Source: Seison nebaliae (taxonomy: Eukaryota). Taken from it: DNA of 43,501 nucleotides. The notes beneath the pieces were generated by a model that ran no database searches, had not been told where the DNA came from, and saw only the letters and a list, made by a program, of their open reading frames with translations. This document shows positions 10,601 through 23,600 of this stretch, piece after piece. Position 1 is the stretch's first letter. Each line of letters opens with the position of its first letter. The stretch spans positions 1 to 43,501 of the forward strand of contig JALJEE010003029.1 in NCBI GenBank assembly GCA_023231475.1, in the 5' to 3' direction. The position numbers and the translations under genes are program-made.

Positions 10601-13023
10601 AATGAGGAGTATGATGACCAATATTTATCTGTTTCTCATTCTCTTTCATGAGACATTTTGCTCCACTCTTTTCTATCGGATGAATCATCAAATATTTGTG
10701 TAGCCACAACAACTCGCACGAACATTCTAAAGGATTTTGTCCCAAATGTCTTATAATCAAATGAGAAGTAGACTTTACAAATATTTCAAGATAGAAGACA
10801 AAATGAACAAGGTTAATAATTGCTTGAGATTTTTTAATGTTCCGTTTGAAATGGTGGTAAGATAATTATCATAAAATGATCTAAAAAAATTCAAATTGGG
10901 AATGAATAGAAAAGGAAGTTTATGACGAACAATAAAGTCAGTTGTTTGAGGTTAGAGAAGGCGTTTGGATGTACACATGTAATATGATTTCCGTTCAGTA
11001 ATAACAAAGATAATTTTTCATTATTCTTCAATAAATTTTCATTGATCGATTTCAATCGGTTGCCATGGAGACGTCTGAGAAAAGATATTAACATTAATTC
11101 AAAAATTTCATCTCAAACAAACTAGAACTAACAGAACTTTCAAATTCTTCAAATTATGAAAACTTTCATCGTCAATATTTTCTATGACATTGTCAGATAA
11201 ATCCCTGGGAAAAAATTGAAAAGTTTTTCTATTTAAAAAAAATCGGGTAACAATTGTCTCAAATTCTTCAAATGAGATAAAGACTTTTTATCGATTCGTT
11301 TAATTTTGTTTTTGTTTAATCGTCTGAAAGTATTTCATAATTTTTGCCTTACATAAAAAACAAACTAACAGAATGACAGCCGAAGTTGGAATATTTTGTG
11401 GAAGTTCTTCTAATTTTTTATCGTCACAATAAATGACGGATCTCTTACAACGACAATTGGTCGGACATAAATTATCGGGTTTTCCAATTTTTTCCAATTG
11501 TTTTGGAAGATTAGATGATACTGTAAATTTCTTACCTAACTGATATGAGGACATCCGTTTTATTTGACGTTTTTTTTGCTCTTCCTTCATTCGACAAGTT
11601 TTCATTGTGGAACGTTTCGTTCTCTTTCTCAAATGAAGATATTTCCTTCTCAAATTCAAATATTTCCGATATTTCAATCGATTAGTTGTATCAATTCTCT
11701 CTTGATTATCGGGAAGACATCGAACTACCAGTTTACGGAAATCTTCTAATTGGTCGTTCGATTTCTTACAGAAAGTGTACGGTGAAAAGTTGATGGGTTT
11801 ATTTAAGAGAAATATTTTGATCCATTCATTCTTGCAATCACATTTCAACGGATTATTTGTTAGGCGTCTAAAAAAGAGTATGTGAATGATCATCGAAAGG
11901 ATATGTTTAACAGAATTTGTAAATGTTTCAAATGATTGAAGAGATTCTCTTCCAAATGTTCCAATTTATTCGTATGAATTGATCTATAATGATAAGTTTT
12001 AATCAATTTTCCACCAATATCAAATCGAACAAATATTGTAAATTTTTCATTGAATTGAATGCTTCCCGATCAATACATGTTAACCGATTCTTTTCCAGTT
12101 TTCTATGAGAAAAATTGTTGAGTGAGGAAGAAAATAATCAATTTCTAACAATATTCGTAAATTCGACATATCTAAAGAGATGTCGTTTGGGAAAAATTTC
12201 AGCTGATTATTTCGTAAATTTCTACAAGGGAAAACTTCAAGAGAAATCTTATTCAAAAAATTTGCCAACAATTTTTTTAATTTTCTCAATTTATTGAAAA
12301 GATTCATTGGAAGTTCTTGCAGGTTATTATAGCTCAATGTCCTATGGTATTGTAATGATGAGAATCATCATTATTTTTTTTCTAGGAATAAATGACACTA
12401 ACAAGATATTGAGTTCGTTCAAGTTATCGAATGCACCTGCTGCAATACGAGAAATGTTATTGTTGTGTAAATTGCTTGAAAAGGGAGGATTAAATTGGAA
12501 TGACGAATGAAAATTAACAGAATTCTTAAATTGATTAAATGTCTGAAATCGTTAAATTTAATTTCTTTAATTTCATTTCCACTCAAATCTCTAGAAATTA
12601 TTGATGGAAATGAAAAAATTGAAAAAAACACTCCAACAATTTTATCGAATTCTCTCTCAAATTTCTTGGAATCGTTTTCAAATGTCGCCGTTGACAATGA
12701 ACAATTTGATTCGAACAAACACATTCATGTGGACAATGAAAATTGTTTTCGGTATGTATTAGGCTTGCTGATCGTTTGGAAGAAAGGAAAGGGGAATATT
12801 GTCCATAAGATTCCGAACGTTTCCTGTTTATTTTGATTGACGGTCGTTTCGTCAACTTCGGATAACGATAACGCCATGAAACCCTCCTCGGATATGAACT
12901 ACGTTCATATAAATCGTTTGAAGAAATGTTTGAGAAAAGATTTACAAGGATTATGGATAATATGACAATTTGTATCGATATTGAACGGTATGGTGGGAAA
13001 TGCATTTTAGATGCAGTTTTCAT
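7689..13023 (-). CDS. slit: Slit (Robo ligand), 21 exons: 4 LRR domains, reduced EGF region, laminin-G, EGF, C-terminal cystine knot
   Basis: Mostly 72-nt phase-2 LRR exons (e.g. 12519-12590, 12403-12474, 12270-12341). D2 reads LLLLNGNHITCVHPNAFSNLKQLTLLSFYDNYLTTI...HLGQNPLECSCELLWLHKYLMIHPIEKSGAKC, closely matching Slit D2. LamG (INNNNWHRL...GFVGCI) and the cystine knot (CCS...FTCRSG...CQC) lie in ORF 7689..8969. Introns: 12591-12637, 12475-12518, 12342-12402, 12222-12269, 12103-12149, 11984-12030, 11868-11911, 11324-11369, 11205-11251, 11075-11132, 10881-10930, 10750-10808, 10515-10570, 10338-10381, 10224-10271, 10105-10157, 9647-9696, 9366-9430, 9170-9213, 9029-9088. Confidence 0.93.
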
Positions 13024-16000
13024 TCACTAATCAACATGGAATTTTCATATTACCTTCCAATTTTTTTCTTTCATTAATTTCTTTAAAATTTCTCTAATTT
13101 ATATTAACTATCAAAAAGAGAAACTAAATAAGAATAGAATTACAAATAGTTTGATTGGAAATATTTATTAGAAAAGAATATCCAAGAGAAATATTTGGAA
13201 GAAAAATGGAAAGTTGGTCTCTAATCGGATACGCATAGAAAATTATAAATGGACGAACAGATTATCTTCCTGGGAATATTATGGATAAATAATATGGTTA
13301 AAAAGACAAATATGTTTACTCGGATTTATTTCGCATTATGATGAGAGATGGATGAATACTTTATCTTTATCGTCCGAAAGAAGAATGTGTAAAATTATCG
13401 ACAATAAATATCTGAAAAAATATACGGATATATAGGACGACTTAGAGCTCGCCTGTCCATAGATGAAGAATGCATATTTCGTTAATTATCTATCAAAATT
13501 TTGTGGTTTGACTGGATATTTATGAAGACAATTCGTTGAGGAAGAATAATATAATTATTCGCTAACATTGTCGCTACTTAAGTATATGTACCTACAATTC
13601 TTCCAATTCCTATTAACTAATTTTTCCAAAAGAACTAATTAGGAAAATATTCTAGAATAATTTATTCAAATCCAACGAAACGTTTGATTTGTCTATTCGA
13701 AAGAAAAATCAAAAAGAGTAAAACTTACCCACTATCCTTAAAAAACAATTGCCAATATCTCCATGTCGAGATTTGTCGACATAAAAAATGATTGTCGAGG
13801 ACTGCATAACTTACGATCGTCAAACGAACAACATAATGTTTTGAAGTTTTCTCAACGGAAATTTGGAAAAAAAGAAAGAAAAGAAATCAATTCCATTCAA
13901 TTTCTTCATGGTAGTATTGTAATATTCGAGATGATGATTTTATATTCACCTGATGAATCGATCTTTAACCTTCAAAGTCATCTTCTCATTCCTCCTACTT
14001 TATTCTGGTGATTCGATTACAGAAACTTTCGACGAAACAATCCATTACACTGCGATTCCTTTGAGGTTCTATTATTGTTTGTTGAATTATTTCATTGAAT
14101 AAAAAGAGAAAAATATCCGAAATCAGATTGAAATTGAATGATGACAATTTTTTTCCGATAGCAATTCAAGAGGAAATGGAACAGAAAGAATAAAAGCCGA
14201 ATTTCCTCTCATTTATTCGACCGAGTAATGACAACATCTTTAGCGATCTTTATTTGATGGCTGAGTATATTCTTCCTTAAACTATTTTACCAATAATTTC
14301 ACATAATACAGCTAATATTGCACAATATTGATTGTAATCGAATCAATATTGGCAATTCATTTTTATTAGAAGAATATGTTGTATATTATATTAGTTTTCT
14401 GATCATCACTCATATGTTTTTATTCGTTTTTTCCCCCGATTGATAATGATGACGATGGTGATGGTGATGGTCTTTAGAATATAGGGTAGTTTTATTTTTT
14501 GAGCGGAAGTGGGTTGTAGTTGATGAAACATGCAAACTCCTAACCTATCTCAGTTCGAATGAATAAATATTTATATCGGAATCAATGTCATTCACAATCA
14601 TTTGTATCATAAGGAGAATATTAATGAACATACTAGTTTCCATTTGGAACATATATCTCATAATAAAAATATATATATAGTAGTTCATTCAATTCAATGT
14701 ATATACATTTGATTCTTATTGACATTGCCGATATATGATTATATCTCAAAGATTGCATCTCATAGTGTTTTCCTCTCTAACGCTGTTTAAGCTTTTTTCT
14801 GATATAGAATTCTATCGAACCGTTCAATCTTCAAACAGTTATTAACATTCTTCTATCATATTAGATGAAAGAATTCGAATGCAATATATCCAGATAGTCA
14901 ATTCATCTAACGAAATAAGTAGACGGTAGGAATAAAGAGGTGAAATTTACCATAACAGTATGAAAATGTACAAAAATATTAATGATCGCTAAGTATTTAA
15001 TAATTTAATACTATTTATCTTAAAACTATTATGTTAAATGTAAATTCTCGAGTAGTTGGTCGATATTGTTATCTTCAAACTCATTCTTTCAAAATTGGTT
15101 AAATTCTTTTAGGTAATCATTTTTCGTTGGTTTAAATCTAGGTAAAAAATTCCGACAACCGTTGGTTCTAGAAATATGACTCGCTATGGAAATGAATAAA
15201 ATCCAATTTTTACCTTCCATAAACTTTTAGTTTTCGCATACATAGTTATATACATAAATTTACAAGTTACATTGTCGATTTGCTTTCCCGGAATTTTCGT
15301 AGTGAGAACAAATTAAAATTTCCTCTCGTTATTGTTGTTCCTATTTCTGCTCCTGCTACGACGGGTCATAGCCTTCATGTCTGATTGATATCAAAAATAT
15401 GCTGGTAAGTTTCAAGTTAGATGAGTACGTACAAGGTACTCTCCTGTTACAGATCCCACTTAGTCGTGGTCTCATCTTTTTGGGCCATAATTCTCCATAT
15501 TATAATTTTCTTCAATTTCGATTTTCTTTCTTTCCCCGCAATGATAATAAAAAAACATGAAATAATAAAGTTATTAGGAACTTTTATTCTTACTAATAAA
15601 ATTAAAATCAGGAATTTACATCATCTTTTACAACAATTATTTTCGAATTTACTAGTCTCCAAATTGTTCATCTTCGAATTATCAGATAGGTGTTCTTCTC
15701 TGCTAAACAGACGTTGGGATATTCATAATACGATATACATATGCAGTTAAGTTGTTTGAGAAATTGAGAGGTGAGGGAGATGTGTTAGTGAGTGCCAATA
15801 GGAACAGGTTGTTAAATTAAAAAAAATATTTATGATTCTTAACATAAAATCTTGATCAATCAATAAAAAAATCAGATAACAATCGATTTATAATCATTAT
15901 GTTATCAAAGATATGATGTCTTGTATTGATAAGACAAATATCATAATGACGGTTTATTTTGTCCGTCTTCCGTCAAATAATGTAATTCTTTTCTCTCTTA

Positions 16001-16792
16001 AAAATTATTCTACATAATGAATATTCTGTTAAGAAGGTTTTTCCCATCTTCCAATTATATTTACAATACATTCTCGATATCCATTCAAGGGTTGTTGATT
16101 TGTACTCGAAGAGAAGACGGAAAGTTATTATTTATAAATAAAACTCTACGATAAATCGTAGTCATAGAAAGATAAGAATGGAAATGAAAATATTTACTAT
16201 CACTATATCTCGTGCACATTTATCTGATTATTAGTAATTACTTAATTTATTCTTCTACTATCGTAGCATCTGTGCGCTAACCTCCACCGGATGTGAAGAT
16301 GCAGCTGTATGTTTGAAGAAGACAAGAGGGGAAACATGATCAACAAGAAGATAAACGATTCATCTAAAACATGAGAATTTAATACATCTCAACGAAATGT
16401 TGATGAGTGGATCGAAAGAGAATGATAAAACCATCATTAAACTAAAACTTTGACCGAATGATTTGTAGGAATTTCGAACGATAATGAGCCGATGAGAATA
16501 ACCAATACAATCATCTGCTGACAAGAAGGCCGATGCTTAATCGTTTAAGCAAACAATTATGGGAAATCGGGAATGAATAAAAGCAAATATTAGAGTATTG
16601 TTCATTCCACTTCTATATCTTTATTTAGTTAATCACCATTAACGTGATATAGAAATGCCATAACCCAACATTCCACTTATAAATTCCCGTAGTACATGTG
16701 TATCTTTTAGCAAGACAAGAAAATTCTTATCACCGAAAATTCATGAAATGTAAAATCACAGTGAAATCAAATGGTTTTCTCCGTTGGTGGAT

Positions 16793-17205
16793 TGGTATTC
16801 ACCCGGTATCTCCATTCACTCTCATACTTCTTTTCGGAGAGGAATTCAGTCTGTTTTTTAGATTTCGGAAAATAATTCACTTTAAAATAGAATATTAAAT
16901 CCATTTCAGAAAAAAAAATTGTTTTCATTTTTGGAAAAATACTAACCATCAGTTAATCTTAAATCAACTGAAAAAAAACTTTATTTTGCAGAAACTATTG
17001 TTGAATTAAAGTTATATGCTGAATGAAATTCAATTAATTTTCAATTTAATTCAATCCTAAAAACAATTCTTTTAATATTATTAAATTCGAAAAATAAAAA
17101 CCAGAGTGAATTTATTTCCGAGATTTGAATGAATTCCTTTCCGAAAATGAAAAAGGTGGTGAATTCCTGTCCGGGATTCGTCTTTTCAAAACTTCAGAAA
17201 ATACT
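16793..17205. mobile_element. Degenerate foldback/MITE-like repeat, copy 1
   Basis: Contains internal inverted motifs (TTTTCGGAGAGGAATTCA ~16831 versus TGAATTCCTTTCCGAAAA ~17130). Its start, TGGTATTCACCCGGTATCTCCATTCACTCTCATACTTCTTTTCGGAGAGGAATTCAGTCTGTTTTTTA, aligns to the reverse complement of ~20560-20627. Boundaries are approximate. Confidence 0.65.
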
Positions 17206-18955
17206 TTCGTCTCTTCCATTCCATACTTTCAATTGAATATCTGATGAATGTGGATTCCGGAAAAGTTTCATTACTAATAAAAATGCATTAAATCATACTT
17301 TTTTTTCTTAATAGTGAAACGTCGTTTAATAATTCTTTTGACAAACAAATAAACAAACAAAATAATCTGACGGATTCCTTCTAATGTTTCCCACCTGACA
17401 TTCCATTATTATTCACTCCAAATTATTCAACCATCAATTACTGTTCCGTTCGAACTTTCGTTTCGGAACATACTGGTCATATGTAATGGTTCGAGTCAAA
17501 TGAGAATTTATATTTAACATGTAAGAAGATTATGAAATTCATATATATCATATAACATATAATTATATATCGAACATGCAGAACATTCACTCCTGATTAG
17601 CAATTTGTTAGATTAAATAAATTTAAATATATTATTCGAAATTTCCAGAATGTGGGAAATTATGTCTTAAACGGAATGAAAAAAATCATATGAATTTCTC
17701 CTCAAATATTCTCATCAGGATAGTTCGTTGTATAAATCGGACAAAAATGATCCGAAAAATAATTATATAGACGTCAGAAATTTCCGAAGATTGTCAAAAA
17801 AATTAAATTTTAGAGAAAAGATCACGGAATTGTGCAGTTCACGACAACAGGAAATATTAAGAATAATAAATTCGTTAGAAAGATTGAATAGAAGAAGAGA
17901 ATATGAATATGGCACTTGAGATGAATAGGACGAGGACGAAGAAAGAAAATGACTATGGACTACATTCTATAATCAATTCCATAAGAGTGAAAACGTGATG
18001 ATTGAAAATAATATGAGATTGAATAACAATAATGACCTTCAACTATAAGTTGTAGAATAACAGAATAAAGCGATTAACGTTTAGAATGACATCGATAGAA
18101 GTAAATTCATTTTCACGTTGAACACGAAAACTATCTACTTTCTCCTCTAACAGAGATTTTATGAGACATATATCGAATGAAGTCTGAGGAATGTACAAAC
18201 ATGATAAATAAACGAATTCATTTGTCTTCGACTGATGAGATTGGTACTTGAATTGTCTAATTGTTCAGAGGAAGAAGAAGTTGAAGAAAAAGGATGATTT
18301 TGAAGGAGGAATTTCAATTTTGTTTCTAATTCAATCAACATAGATTATACGTGTGTTTCTTTCAAATATTCTCATAACGAAAGGATGAATAATAGGAAGG
18401 GGGAGGATGAAGAAGAAGAATCATGATGAGAATCCATCAGATGGAATCGTAATCAAATCCATCAAATATAATCATGACGAAGAAGTTATTTATAAATTAA
18501 ATAATCATAAATCTTGTCGAAAAAATTATGATTTCTATTAACCTGATCACTTCTTGTTACAGATGTGAAATGTCGGTCTCAAATATCAGAATGAATGAGA
18601 ATGCAATGAATTCTCAAATGGAGAAGTTAAGGTTAAATTGGAATGATGACCTTCATACACAAATATGTAGGGAAAGAAGAAAAGGAAATAGAGTTTGGTT
18701 GGAAACACCTGTAACTTAATAGTTTCAGTTATTATTTTTTCTCTCGAGGAAAGGCACAATCTTGTATCAGGCAAATCATTTTAAACTCAGATAAAGGAAA
18801 TGTTTCGACACTTCTAATTTGACTCAATTCCATTCGAGAACAATTGACAGAACACGTTGACAACAGGAAAATTTCGAACGGATACTTCTGGTTGAGTTGA
18901 ACGAATTGTCACTAAAATGGTTTCAGGAAATATCAAATTAACCCCTCATTCAACG

Positions 18956-18972
18956 ACACACACACACACACA
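18956..18972. repeat. (AC)n microsatellite
   Basis: ACACACACACACACACA run read directly from the sequence. Confidence 0.85.
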
Positions 18973-20269
18973 TTACAACTATATCGAAGAGAATTTCGAG
19001 GAAAAAGAAAATCTTTCAAGTTCTTTTACGAAATTTTACGAATTTCATAAGGAAAACAACAAAAATGAGAAAGAAAAAATGTTTTATCATTTCTGATGGA
19101 ATTGTATGGAATAGATGAGCCACTACTGTATCGCCTAGAATGACGTATTCGAAACTTGTGCAAACCTGTGTGTGTGAAAGAAGAATGTTGATGGGAAACT
19201 ATAGAAAAGATATGAATAAATCGATATGTATATATCGATTTGCATCGAGGCGTATTGAACAATAATCATCATCGATTTGATCTCAAAAGAACGCACATCT
19301 GGTAGAAGCCTGTGATTAAGAGGATCATTTAACATTTCAGTTAAAACATTTCTTTCCTTGCCTACACTATCCGAAATGTTCTTATCTATAAATTGTTCAT
19401 GAGTCATAGAAAAAGAAAAGAAATTGTGAATGTATCTTTCGTCGAAACAAAGGAAAACATCAAGAAATCTCATATTTTAAATGAGTTTTCTATTACGATA
19501 AATTATAAGTGTTGCATAATAAGAGATGTTTGAAATACTTCAGTTATCAGAAACCGATGTAAAACAGAAGAAATAGGAAAGATATTTATCTGCAAATTAA
19601 CATTCCTAATGGTGATGGTGGTTTTCTGTTGATTTTAACTAATAATTCTTAAGTATTTCCCAACAATAATAACAACATCATCATCATCTTATTATCACTC
19701 GAAATCGGTAATTGATAATCTTATAAAAATATATTTCCTTTCTTATCAAATTATCGATACATTGTTCGATTTCGACACGACAATTTACCAGTAAATTTTC
19801 GTATGTCAAACAAAAGTTATATTTGAGGAAATAGTATGCATGTTAGTAATTATCCTTTGATTCTTTCACATAAAACAGATTTAAAAAGAATGACGAGAAG
19901 AATATCGATATATGAAGCATTCCTTTCATTCACTCCAACCGACAACGTAGGCAAAGTATTATCGATACTCTAATATGTCAATTTTACACTCATACTATTC
20001 ATTAAAAGGACACTATCCATTAAGTATGACCAATATAAATCAATTACCTTTCTACTAAGCAAATAATTGATGAGAAATACTTTCGTCCTTTTATAATTCC
20101 ATCAAACATTTTTCACATTTCCGTCAACTTTTCCTCTACTTATCATTGACATGTACTAACATTTTACAGCATGTCAACACAACAGGAGGGAGAGGAACAG
20201 TAAAATTACTCAAAAATTCGATGAGAGAAATTTTTTCCGATTATTCCTCCCATTGACCATTGTCCAAAA

Positions 20270-20634
20270 ATAGGATATTGAAATTTTTTGAAACTGATAT
20301 CATCTGAATGAATTCCGGAGAGGAATTCAACACATTTGAGTTTTTCAGACACGAATTCACGCCACGAAAAATATTCATATTCATAATTTCGAAGATTTTC
20401 TTCTTCGTTTGATTTGTTTTTTCATTCAATATTGAACAGTTTGCTTATATTTTCTCCAAAATCAAAGAAGTTTTTTCATTTCGGAAATTTAGTTACTATT
20501 TGATTATAAAGTGATTTCCTCTCCAAAATCTTAAAACAGAAAGAACTGCTGTCCGATATGTAAAAACAGAGTGAATTCTTCTCGGAAAAAAAATATCAGG
20601 TTGAATGAAGATCCGAGATGAATACCACTCTGTG
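20270..20634. mobile_element. Degenerate foldback/MITE-like repeat, copy 2 (inverted relative to copy 1)
   Basis: The reverse complement reads CACAGAGTGGTATTCATCTCGGATCTTCATTCAACCTGATATTTTTTTTCCGAGAAGAATTCACTCTGTTTTTA..., which is homologous to 16793 onward and carries the same GAGAGGAATTCA subterminal motif. Boundaries are approximate. Confidence 0.65.
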
Positions 20635-23600
20635 ATCCTATCGAACTGATATAGCCAATAAAATATGGAATATTCGAGAAAACGACCTTAGAGAGTTATC
20701 TTCTAAATTTTTTCTATTTTAACTTATATTACATTATGCTGCAACATACAACATTGAAATTCCACAAGGTTCTTGATATCATCAATCAGTTATGATTATC
20801 ATCAAGATAAAATTATAAAATAAAATTTTTATTCTTTATATTCTAAAAGAAATAACTCTTATTATAGAAAAGTAAACAATATTTCGTGGTTTGGATTATT
20901 TTAAACTATTTTAATTGTCATTGAGAAAGATGCTGTTGGAAAGACGAGACAATGAAGAAATCGTGGACAATATTTTATTTGGGAACGGTTCTTATAAATT
21001 TCAATAGCAGCAATATATTTCTATTGTATTACATAATTAAAACGATGAAATCTCTTTTACTTTTTTACCTTTTATAATCCACTAACCATATCTTTAAGAG
21101 TCTTCATTATTTCAATTTTCTTACTTACAGTAAGACTTACGTTCTTCTCATGTTGGTATAATTGGAAAATGACGATATAAGTGAAAATATAAACTAATAA
21201 AATATAACATAACATAACTGTAATCAGTCTAAAAAATGGTCAGTTTACGAAAAGTCCGTCTATCAAACGGTCGATCTACCTAATGGCCTAGACGCCGAAT
21301 ATACCATCAGTTGTGATCGATGAAGATTGAGAAATATTCGTTGAAATTCATTATTAGTATTCATCTTCATCATGAATAATATTCAATGAATATCTTCTTT
21401 TGTTATTGCTATCAATATTATTTTTTCTTTCTTCTATATCATCATTCTTTTTTTTTGTCGGATATCGTTTGTCGATGTTATTACGTCGAATGAAATAGGT
21501 TAATAAATTGACAGTTAAAACATGTTAATTTCCATTCGATTACTACCTACATGTACTACCACCACTACTACTCCTACTACACTACTGGTGATGACGATGA
21601 CTTGACTCTCGTAAAATAGAAAGAAATGATTCAATGAAGTTTGGTTAATATTTTTTTGTTTTTTTTTTTGGGAAAAAACAAGACGAAAAGTAGGAACAAT
21701 AATAGTAATTTTAATTATATTCGTCAATTAGTAAATAATCATTCAATGCGACATCAATTATTCACAATTCATTCTACATGCAATAAACTTCCACGAAAAA
21801 GTATTTCGAAATAAATTATCGATCATTCAACTAATGAACATCTCATTCTCATTAATTCGGTTGTCTTTCCAAAAACTATATCTATAAATATATCATTATT
21901 GGTATCATCATCCAAACGATTTCCATTTACATAATTATCTAATAATGGAAGTTCAATTATGGAAGTTCCATTAACCAAGTTCCATTATGGAAGTGATTCA
22001 TGTAAATATCGGTACATTTACAAATATAATTCTACATCTTGAAAAATCAATTGAATTTTATGACATTTGAGTAAAATGAAAACGAAAATCTTAATAACTT
22101 ATTATGAATAAGTGATAGTATTAGAAATATTAATGGATCACTAAAACGGAAGTTATAATGTTCTATGAATATCTCTATACTATAGAGTGTATAGAATAGA
22201 ATATAACTATAATAATAAACGTCATATTGGTTGACTAATAACTAGATGTATATACTTCGATCTATATGTCTTCACAGTTACGGTTTTTATGTATATGCTA
22301 TGATTAGGTCTCGTATACGAAATAATGTTTTCCGTCAGATTCGAATAAATATAAATAAAGGAAATGTAAAAAGTTTGTAGGGAAATTTTCGGATGGTCAT
22401 GTTAATCAAAAGAAGACCAGGGTCCACTTAATTGATCCAATCTGTATTGACAAAGGCAATACGCGTTAGATGCATCCGTTCTTTAGACGTAAAGAGAAAT
22501 AATGATAGAGACGGAAAAAAGAATTGAAATGAATATGAAAATATTAAGAAATAATTGATAGGGACCATACCAATTGTCGGTAGAGGAAGAAAGGAAAATT
22601 CAGAAAGAAGACTGAAAAGAATGTCGATAAGTTTCCTTCTATTTTGGTCAACATCCGCTTTCTATCATTCTCGTTATTTGATATTTAAACGGTTTGAGAC
22701 GGTTTCATATGATTCTTTTTATTGTTAGTCTATCCCAACATACCAAATTATTTACATAAACTTCTAATATCTTAAGTGAATGATTTAAAACTTCATTTTC
22801 ACAAATCACTAAAATGAATAACACTCCAAATTGACAACAAACGACAACCTGCGTCATAAACACAATTCCAACTGTTGAGTTGAATGGAGAGAAATATTTA
22901 TTTGAAAATATGTCAACTCTCAAAAACGAATGGGAGTGAAGGAGAATTGGGAAATTCTAATATTTCTTTTTGGTGTTCAGATGGTTGTTTGTGATTTCAT
23001 ATGATAAAAGAGAATGATAAAAGAGAATGATGAAAAGATATTACATTAAGTATTTCCGTGGCCGACGTCATATACGGACTTTATCGATCTCTGTCAATCT
23101 CCATGCTTGTACTAAAAAATTTGGATGAATAAACTTCTTAGATGACTTGATTGGAGAGATTGATAGACTGAAAATAGTGATGATTTTTATTAGATTATTT
23201 CGTATGCTAATTGTGATGATAACGCATTTTTATTAATTTAATAACGTCAATTGCAGGATATTGTTCGAACAACATATATTAATAGAAGAAAATTCAGAAA
23301 TTCACGCATCAAATTTATGATTATCGTTTACGATAAATTATAGAACATATTAATCTATGATTGTAGGATATGTGGAAATCGAAATATTCATTCGATTTTT
23401 TCGAAATCAATTTATTATTTTTTCTTTTCTATAAAAATTATTCTGTAAAGATCACCGGTAGGACAATTTAACAAAGATGAATCCATATCATTGATATTAA
23501 TTGCCTTATGCGAAATAAAAACTTGAATGTTTCAAAGATATGGTTAAGAGATTGTATTAATCGATGGTTCTTTGCTCTTACATTTGAAATCCATATCTGA

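Noticed and set aside
14313..14356. Hairpin containing TATTGCAC (miR-92-like seed)
   Set aside because: The stem is short and AT-only, the seed is on the wrong arm, and the rest does not resemble miR-92.
16939..16955. ATACTAACC as the 5' end of a variant U1 snRNA
   Set aside because: It lies inside a repeat element and is not followed by U1 stem-loops or an Sm site. No snRNA gene was recognised in this window.
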